Positions 1 to 6,167 of a stretch of 14,114 nucleotides of DNA are shown piece by piece. The notes below the pieces were generated by a model. That model did not search any database. It was not told where the DNA came from and worked only from the letters and a program-made list of their open reading frames with translations. Source of the stretch: Armatimonadia bacterium (lineage in GTDB: Bacteria; Armatimonadota; Zipacnadia; Zipacnadales; UBA11051); the NCBI GenBank assembly GCA_039683575.1, contig JBDKRC010000048.1:1-14114 (forward strand). The letters are read 5' to 3'. Both the position numbers and the translations under genes were made by a program. Each line of letters starts with the position of its first letter. Position 1 is the first letter of the stretch.

Positions 1-249
1 CTGCAGCGTCTGTAAATACCTCACCCTCTGCCGGGGCGGCTGTCAGAAGCACCGGTGCTTCCCGGTCGGGTGCGCCCAGGCCCCGTCGTACCTCTGCGCG
101 GGCTACCGCCTGTTTTTTGAGCACTCCCTGCAAAAACTGCAGCAGCTTAAAGAATCTTCACAGCCCTGAGAAGGTATAGGCAGGTCTTTGGTGAATACTT
201 GCCGTCTTGCTGTGCTTCCCTGGTCCGGGGGATGATGTGGGAGAGGTCT

Positions 250-3200
250 ATGATGGGCTCTGGCAGTGCTCTGGACATTGATTGTAGGGGCGGGGACCAC
301 ACCTGCCACTTCTACCGCTCCGATGACGAGAGGTATGAGGTGCTGCTCGGGTATGTGCTGGCGGGCCTGCAGCGCCACGAGCAGGTTGTGTGCCTGCTGG
401 GCGAGGCGGCTCACCAACAGCTCCTGCAGTGCCTCGACGATAACGGATACCCCGCGCAGTCGTACCTCGCCTCGCAGCAGCTTCTAATTCTCGAAGATGC
501 GGCTACCTATACCCCGGACGGTCAGTTCGTTCCCGACCGGATGCTCTCAGCGCTACACCGGCTAGCCGACGCCGCCGTGGCCGCCAGCTTCGATGGCGTG
601 CGCGCTGTCGGCGATGTTTCCTGGCTCGCAGACGGAGTGCCAGGTGCCGAAGCTTTCGGTGCCTACGAAGCAGAGGTAACAAGGCTGCTTCGGCACGACT
701 CCCGCTTCACCTGTCTGTGCCAGCTCAATCAGGAACGCGTGCCCCCCGCCCTTCAGCAGGAAATCCTGCTGACCCACCCGCTGGTCATCAGCAACTCACA
801 TCTCGTTCGCAATCCTTTCCATGTTGATCCTGAGACCTTCCTCAGCCCCGAGCGCGAGGGCGCCATTGTCAACTCCTGGCTCCAGAACCTCGAGGCCTGT
901 CAGAAGGCCGAAGAAGACCTGCGAGCCTCCGAGCAGTGGTCCCGCCCGGCGGCTGCCCCACCCGCCTGCAGCGGCAGCACATGCCAGCGCCTTCGCGGCC
1001 CCAACCGCCGCGACCGCGCGCCGCAAAAATGCGCGCAGCTGGACACGTCGGTCGCGCGTCAGCAGCCCATCCTACAGGCCGTCTTTGACAGCGCCGGCCT
1101 CGGCATTGCCCTCGGCGACGAACACTCCACGATCCAGCGCGCCAATCCTGCCTTCGCTCGCATGCTGGGCTACGAGGCCGAAGAACTCATTGGCTTGGGG
1201 GCCGAAGACTTCACCCACCCCGATGATCTGCAGGCCGACATGGAACTGCTGGCAGAACTGCGGGAGGGTAAGCGTCAGGACTTTGCCCTGGAGAAACGCT
1301 TCATCCACAGGGACGGCACGGTCGTTTGGGGTCACCTCACGGTCACTGAGGTCCAACTGGGAGAGGCCGGGGAACGGTACATGCTGGCGCTGATAGAGGA
1401 CATCAGCGAGGCCAAAGCCACCGCCGCTGAACTCGCCTCCCTCGCCGATGAGACCAGGCGTCGTGCCGATGAACTCGAAACGGTGGTCAACTCCATTGCC
1501 GATGGTGTCGCCATGTATGACGCCGAAGGCAGGATAACCCGTCTCAACGCGGCCGGTCGCCGTCTGATGGAATACACCGAGGCCGACCTGGCACTACCCC
1601 TCTCCGAACGAGCCAGCATCCTTCCCCCCCTGCGCGAGGACGGCACAGAGTACGCCCCGGACGAAGTCCCCACCGCTCGCAGTCTCAGGGGCGAGACCGT
1701 CTCTCACGAGACCATGTGCCTGCGCTGGGCCGATGGCTCGCATACCTGGGTCCGTGCCAGTTGCATGCCGGTGCGCGATGCCGAGGGCAACATCACTGGC
1801 GTAGTCAGTTCCTTCCATGACCTGACTGCGCTTCGCGAGCATCAGGGGCTGACTGAGCGCCTCTTGCAGGAGGTGGAAGAGCAGCGCGCCAGGGTCCAGC
1901 AGCACGCTGACGAGCTCGACACGATAGTCTCTTCCATCGCCGATGCCGTCTCCGTCTGCGATGCCAAGGGCAACCTGATCAGGACCAACGACACCGCGCG
2001 ACGCCTGCTCCGCTATGGCCAGGCGTCCGACTACCGGATACGCACCAGTCGCTGCGACTACTACCGCCCCGATGGCTCCCTCTTCACCTTTGGCGAACTG
2101 CCCCTTACCAGGAGCCTCGGCGGCGACACCGTCATTGGCGAAACCGTCCGGATGGCCTGGCCGGATGGCACCTCAACCTGGGTTAGCAGCACTTCCGCAC
2201 CCTTGCTCGATGCCGCCGGTACCGTCACCGGCGCCGTGCTCACCAATACCGAGATCACGCGTCTCCGCGAAGCACAAGAGCAGGTCCAGCAGGAACGCGA
2301 GAGGTTCCTCTCCTTGCTGGGCATGCTGCCAGGCTATGTGGCCGTACTCTCACCCGGACACTACTTCACCTACGTCAACCAGCGGTTTGTGGACCTTTTC
2401 GGCGATCCCGCGGACCAGAAGTGCTATCACGCGCTATTTGGTCGCAACGAGCCCTGCGAAGTCTGCCGCTCCTTTGAGCCTCTGCAGACCGGCAAGCCGG
2501 TGATCTGGGAATGGAATGCTCCGTCCGGGCAGATTTTTGAGGTCTACGACCATCCCTTCACTGACCTCGACGGTTCGCCGCTGGTGCTGGAATTCGGGAT
2601 GGACATCACCGAGCGCAAACGGGACCAGGAGGAAGTGCGCCGCCATCGGGATCATCTGGAGGATCTGGTCGCACACCGGACGCAGGAGTTGGTGGAGCAT
2701 CAGGACCGGCTTCGCCTCGTCGCCTCCCAACTCGCGCTTGCTGAGGAGAAAGAGCGCAAGCGCATCGCCACTGCGATCCACGACGACCTCAGCCAGACAC
2801 TCGCCTTTGCCAAGCTCCGCCTCAGCGTCATCCGCCACAGTGGAGACCCGGCGACCATGCAAAAGGACCTGGCGCTGCTGGAGGAACTGCTCGGCGAGGC
2901 TATCGCCTCGAGCCGGCGCCTCATGTTCGAGCTCAGTCCGCCGATCCTTTACGAAATGGGGTTGGCAACGGCCATTGAGTGGCTTGCCCGGCGCGTCGCC
3001 GAGGTTCACTCCATCGAAGTCGAGGTTTCGCTGTCCTCGCGCGACCTCGCCTTCTCCCAGGAGTGGCAGGTTACGATATTTCAGGCTGTCCGCGAATTGC
3101 TCAATAATGCCGCCAAGCATGCGCAGGCGAGCAAGGTCCGCATCTTCTCGTCACGCAGCAGCGATTGCGTTGAGGTCACTGTTGAAGACGATGGCTGCGG

Positions 3201-3354
3201 TTTCAACGCCCAGGCCATCCACGTGACCGACAGTAGCGGGTTTGGGCTCTTCAACCTTCACGAGCGCCTGACCCACATGGGCGGGGACCTAAGGCTGGTC
3301 AGTGACCTTGGGACCGGTACTGCCGTCACGCTGACGGCCCCGCTGCCTAAATAA
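250..3354 (+). CDS. Cytoplasmic sensor histidine kinase: MEDS domain, four PAS/PAC domains, HisKA_3 (NarX-like) and HATPase_c
   Basis: MEDS-like motifs: GDHTCHFY, GVRAVGDVSW, YEAEV, CLCQLN, THPLVI. PAS motifs include ANPAFARMLGY..EELIG, THPDD, RDG, DISE/DITE. H-box EEKERKRIATAIHDDLSQTL, N-box RELLNNAAKHA, G1 VEDDGCGF, G2 GFGL..ERL..GG..GTGT. No transmembrane segment seen. The ORF track opens at TTG 199; ATG 250 or 253 follows an SD-like GGGAGAGG (239-246), and ATG 232 is also possible. Confidence 0.92.
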   Translation: MMGSGSALDIDCRGGDHTCHFYRSDDERYEVLLGYVLAGLQRHEQVVCLLGEAAHQQLLQCLDDNGYPAQSYLASQQLLILEDAATYTPDGQFVPDRMLSALHRLADAAVAASFDGVRAVGDVSWLADGVPGAEAFGAYEAEVTRLLRHDSRFTCLCQLNQERVPPALQQEILLTHPLVISNSHLVRNPFHVDPETFLSPEREGAIVNSWLQNLEACQKAEEDLRASEQWSRPAAAPPACSGSTCQRLRGPNRRDRAPQKCAQLDTSVARQQPILQAVFDSAGLGIALGDEHSTIQRANPAFARMLGYEAEELIGLGAEDFTHPDDLQADMELLAELREGKRQDFALEKRFIHRDGTVVWGHLTVTEVQLGEAGERYMLALIEDISEAKATAAELASLADETRRRADELETVVNSIADGVAMYDAEGRITRLNAAGRRLMEYTEADLALPLSERASILPPLREDGTEYAPDEVPTARSLRGETVSHETMCLRWADGSHTWVRASCMPVRDAEGNITGVVSSFHDLTALREHQGLTERLLQEVEEQRARVQQHADELDTIVSSIADAVSVCDAKGNLIRTNDTARRLLRYGQASDYRIRTSRCDYYRPDGSLFTFGELPLTRSLGGDTVIGETVRMAWPDGTSTWVSSTSAPLLDAAGTVTGAVLTNTEITRLREAQEQVQQERERFLSLLGMLPGYVAVLSPGHYFTYVNQRFVDLFGDPADQKCYHALFGRNEPCEVCRSFEPLQTGKPVIWEWNAPSGQIFEVYDHPFTDLDGSPLVLEFGMDITERKRDQEEVRRHRDHLEDLVAHRTQELVEHQDRLRLVASQLALAEEKERKRIATAIHDDLSQTLAFAKLRLSVIRHSGDPATMQKDLALLEELLGEAIASSRRLMFELSPPILYEMGLATAIEWLARRVAEVHSIEVEVSLSSRDLAFSQEWQVTIFQAVRELLNNAAKHAQASKVRIFSSRSSDCVEVTVEDDGCGFNAQAIHVTDSSGFGLFNLHERLTHMGGDLRLVSDLGTGTAVTLTAPLPK

Positions 3355-3536
3355 GGCATTTCGCAGGGCTGTCTCAGGGTTTGGATGATAGCATGGTACC
3401 TCGCCATAGCTTATCCTGTCCGTAAGTATTGCTCTGGATTAGAGGGTCAGCCGCAGGCCATGTGGGAGTGGCCTGACAAGTAGACCTCCGGCTGCCATAC
3501 CACCATTGTGGATCGCCGCATCAGGGGAAACTGACT

Positions 3537-3938
3537 ATGGGAATTCGAATTGTCGTCGCTGATGATCACCAGATCATCCGACAAGGGTTGCGAATGCTCT
3601 TTGATTCCGAAGCGGACATGGAACTGGTGGGGGAGGCGGAAAACGGGGAACAGGCAGTGCAACTTGCGGCCGAACTATCGCCCGATATCGTGGTGATGGA
3701 CATCGGCATGCCGGTCATGGACGGCTTTGCCGCTACTCGCCAACTACAGGCCGAGCAGCCGGACATTAAGGTCGTCGCCCTCTCCATGCATGACGATCGC
3801 GCCTTCCTTGAAGGCATGAAGGCCGCCGGGGCCGAGGGGTACGTACTCAAGGATGCGGCTTTCGAGGACCTGACCGCGGCGATCCGCAAGATCCTTGACG
3901 GCGGCACGTTCTTCCCGAACGGCGAATCGCAGAACTAG
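3537..3938 (+). CDS. Response regulator, NarL/FixJ-type receiver domain only (no LuxR HTH)
   Basis: IRIVVADDHQIIRQGL, phosphoacceptor VVMDIGMP.MDG, LSMH, GA.GYVLKD. The protein stops at 133 aa just after GGTFFP. SD-like AGGGG at 3523-3527. Confidence 0.93.
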   Translation: MGIRIVVADDHQIIRQGLRMLFDSEADMELVGEAENGEQAVQLAAELSPDIVVMDIGMPVMDGFAATRQLQAEQPDIKVVALSMHDDRAFLEGMKAAGAEGYVLKDAAFEDLTAAIRKILDGGTFFPNGESQN

Positions 3939-3967
3939 CTGCAAAGCCCCGTCGCCAATGACTTGCG

Positions 3968-4010
3968 CGCGACGCGGGGGGCGGTTCGTCCCCGAACCGA
4001 AACCGTCGCG
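3968..4010. terminator. Nested hairpin between convergent genes; possible bidirectional terminator or degenerate REP
   Basis: Outer stem CGCGACG (3968-3974)/CGTCGCG (4004-4010). Inner stem CGGTTCG-TCCC-CGAACCG (3982-3999). No clear U-tract. Confidence 0.4.
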
Positions 4011-4014
4011 GCCT

Positions 4015-4806
4015 CTATCCCGCCAATAGCCCCTCCATCCCCGCCGCTGCCCGCGCCGCGACCTCCGCCGCCGGCTTGGCCCACAGCTCCTCGCTGAACA
4101 CCTCCACCGACAGCGCCCCATCGTACCCATTGTCACCAAGGTACCCCAGCGCCTCCCGCAACGGCAGCACGCCCTCTCCCGGTAGCACCCGGTGGCTATC
4201 ATTCATCTGCAGGATGTCTCCAACAGGGACATCATTGATATGCACCAGCGCCACCTCGTCCCCCCGCGGCAGCTTGAAGTCCTCCACCACGGTCCCACCC
4301 CGGAAGCTGTGGAAGACGTCGATCAACAGCTTCGCATACGGGTGATCGGCCGCCCGCACCAGCCCTAACCCCGACTTGATGTCATGGTACTGCTCAAAAC
4401 CCCCGATATACTCCAGCGCCATCACGACGCCATAGCGCTGCCCGATGTCAGCCACCGTCCGGAAATCCCGCGCCGCCCGCTCCGGATCGCCAACCCCCGG
4501 CGCCGCACAAGCGATGATGATGGGGCTTCCTGCCTCAGCCGCCAGAGCCGTCCGCTGCTCAACCTCCGCCAAAACCCGCTCCCGCTCCTCGCCTTCCGGC
4601 CACATCCACCCCCACAGAAAGCACATCTCCTCCACCCGTATCGGCTGAGCGGTGACCGCGTCCAGGTTCCCCGCCTTCTCCTTCAAAGCCGCCAGACTAT
4701 CCTGCCAAAGCCCGACTCCCTCAAACCCCGCCTCGGCCGCGATCCTCATCCCCTCCACCGTATCGAATCCCCGCTGCAACGTAACCAGATTCAGTGCCTT
4801 GCGCAT
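4015..4806 (-). CDS. Sugar phosphate isomerase/epimerase family protein (xylose isomerase-like TIM barrel, AP_endonuc_2; IolE/IolI-like)
   Basis: AAEAGFEGVGLW and metal-ligand motifs MALEY, LIDVFH, VHIND, R.LPGEG, GYDGALSVEVF. ATG 4806 has AGGAGG at 4813-4818 (minus strand). The longer start at 4923 merely reads through repeats. Confidence 0.9.
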   Translation of the reverse strand: MRKALNLVTLQRGFDTVEGMRIAAEAGFEGVGLWQDSLAALKEKAGNLDAVTAQPIRVEEMCFLWGWMWPEGEERERVLAEVEQRTALAAEAGSPIIIACAAPGVGDPERAARDFRTVADIGQRYGVVMALEYIGGFEQYHDIKSGLGLVRAADHPYAKLLIDVFHSFRGGTVVEDFKLPRGDEVALVHINDVPVGDILQMNDSHRVLPGEGVLPLREALGYLGDNGYDGALSVEVFSEELWAKPAAEVAARAAAGMEGLLAG

Positions 4807-4829
4807 GTCTCGCCTCCTGTCCGCGTCGG

Positions 4830-4913
4830 GCTGTAGGGCGTGGGCTCGTACCGCGCCCTGCCGGGCGTAGCGACGTCTGCGTCGCGCTGTAGGGCGGGGG
4901 CTCGTACCCCGCC
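4830..4913 (+). repeat. Cluster of GTAG-type REP-like palindromes: two 28-bp direct copies with a third GTAG hairpin between them
   Basis: GCTGTAGGGCGTGGGCTCGTACCGCGCC (4830-4857) and GCTGTAGGGCGGGGGCTCGTACCCCGCC (4886-4913) are 26/28 identical. GTAGCGACG-TCTG-CGTCGC lies at 4867-4885. Confidence 0.8.
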
Positions 4914-5072
4914 GTCTGCTCACCCGTTCCCGCCGTCCCCGTCATTCCGTTCACATCCCCCGCCCCTCTCCCTTCTCCCTCCGGCCTGCCACACCTGCCG
5001 CCGGGGCAGGTAACTCCGCCGCCCCTGTGGAACCATCCTCTTCGCCTGCCAATACAGTGAGGTCGCCAGCTA

Positions 5073-6083
5073 ATGCCAAACATCGTCTGTCTCGGTGAAG
5101 CCCTTGTGGACATGCTCTCCACCGCCCCCGGGCTGAACCTCGTGCAAACTCCCGAATTCCACAAGGCCGCCGGTGGCGCGCCCACCAACGTCGCCGCCGC
5201 CTGTTCCATTCTCGGCGGCTCGGCGGGCCTGATCGCCCAGGTCGGCCAGGATTCCTTCGGCGAGTTCCTCCGCCAGACTCTCTGGGACGCTGGCGTTGAC
5301 CTCACTCACTTCTCGGTGAACAAGGACTACGCCACCCAGCTCGCCTTCGTAGCCCGTGACGAGCGTGGTGTGCCCGACTTTGCCTTCCACGTCAAGAAGA
5401 GCGCCGACCAGATGCTCACCATTGACGAGTTCGAAGACGACTACATCGCCACCGCCGACATCTTCCACTTCGGCTCGATCACCCTCATCAACGAACCCGC
5501 GAAGGCGGCCACTCTGCATGCCCTCGAAGTAGCTCTCGACGAGGGCCTCCTGGTCAGTCTGGACCCCAACCTCCGCCCGCCGCTGTGGAAGTCCCTCGAC
5601 CAGGCCTACGACGAGATCCACGGCGTCGTCGCCCGCTGCGACTTCCTCAAGGTCAGCGAGCAGGAGATGACCTTCCTGACCGGCCATGACGACCTCGAAA
5701 TGGGCCTCCGCGCCCTGTACGAACTCGGTCCTGAACTTGTCGCTGTCACCCTCGGCCCGGCCGGCTGCGCCATCAACTCCGGCGGCATGCTCTTGCACCT
5801 GCCCGCCTTCCGCGTGCCTGTCCTCGACACCACCGGCTGCGGCGATGCCTTCGTGGCCGCGACTCTCGTCCAACTCTCCGAGGAAGAACGCGACATCGCC
5901 GACCTTGAAGCCGCTGACCTCGAGCAGATCTTCCGCTTCTCCAACGCCACAGCCGCCCTCGCCGCCACCGCCGAGGGAGCCATCCCCGCCATGCCAACCC
6001 GCGAAGAGGTCCTCGAGCTAATCGAACTTGGCGGCCTGAAGGAAGAAGCCGAGGAAGAAGAAGACGCCGAAGACCTCCCCTAG
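5073..6083 (+). CDS. PfkB/ribokinase-family carbohydrate kinase (fructokinase-like)
   Basis: N-terminal CLGEALVDM, GGAPTNVA, VGQDSFG, DPNLRPPLW, LKVSEQE, VTLGPAG, and PfkB signature DTTGCGDAF. SD-like GAGGT upstream. Acidic C-terminal tail. Confidence 0.95.
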   Translation: MPNIVCLGEALVDMLSTAPGLNLVQTPEFHKAAGGAPTNVAAACSILGGSAGLIAQVGQDSFGEFLRQTLWDAGVDLTHFSVNKDYATQLAFVARDERGVPDFAFHVKKSADQMLTIDEFEDDYIATADIFHFGSITLINEPAKAATLHALEVALDEGLLVSLDPNLRPPLWKSLDQAYDEIHGVVARCDFLKVSEQEMTFLTGHDDLEMGLRALYELGPELVAVTLGPAGCAINSGGMLLHLPAFRVPVLDTTGCGDAFVAATLVQLSEEERDIADLEAADLEQIFRFSNATAALAATAEGAIPAMPTREEVLELIELGGLKEEAEEEEDAEDLP

Positions 6084-6086
6084 GTC

Positions 6087-6110
6087 GTAAGAGCGGCTTC
6101 GAGCCGGGCG
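6087..6110 (+). repeat. Degenerate REP-like hairpin (GTAAGAGCGGCT-TCG-AGCCGGGCG)
   Basis: Stem CGGCT/AGCCG at 6094-6106, preceded by GTAAGAG, one mismatch from the GTAGGAG head of the 9880/13093 repeat. It starts just after the kinase stop codon. Confidence 0.4.
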
Positions 6111-6167
6111 GCAGGAAGCAGACAAGCCCTTACACTGATTCTGGGCCACGTTCGTAAGGAGACACAC

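Noticed and set aside
199-249. TTG start at 199 for the kinase
   Set aside because: It has no good SD and the extension is not domain-like. ATG 250/253 has an SD and abuts the MEDS domain.
284-307. GTAGGGGCGGGGACCACACCTGCC inside the kinase gene looks like another intragenic GTAG REP
   Set aside because: It encodes the conserved MEDS motif GDHTC, the stem is imperfect and there is no second copy in the window, so coincidence is most likely.
160-3372. Inverted 9-mer ACAGCCCTG (160-168) / CAGGGCTGT (3364-3372) flanking the kinase as possible element ends
   Set aside because: Too short to exceed chance, with no target duplication or recombinase gene.
4830-4913. Possible mini-CRISPR (28-bp repeats with a 28-bp spacer)
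   Set aside because: Only two non-identical repeats, the spacer is itself a GTAG hairpin, and no cas genes or leader are present. A REP cluster explains it better.
4807-4923. N-terminal extension of the isomerase ORF (302 aa in the track)
   Set aside because: The Arg-rich repeated peptide is just the REP array translated, and a strong SD supports ATG 4806.
6039-6080. GAA/GAG-rich stretch at the end of the PfkB gene
   Set aside because: It encodes an acidic low-complexity tail (KEEAEEEEDAEDLP) and is not a discrete DNA repeat element.
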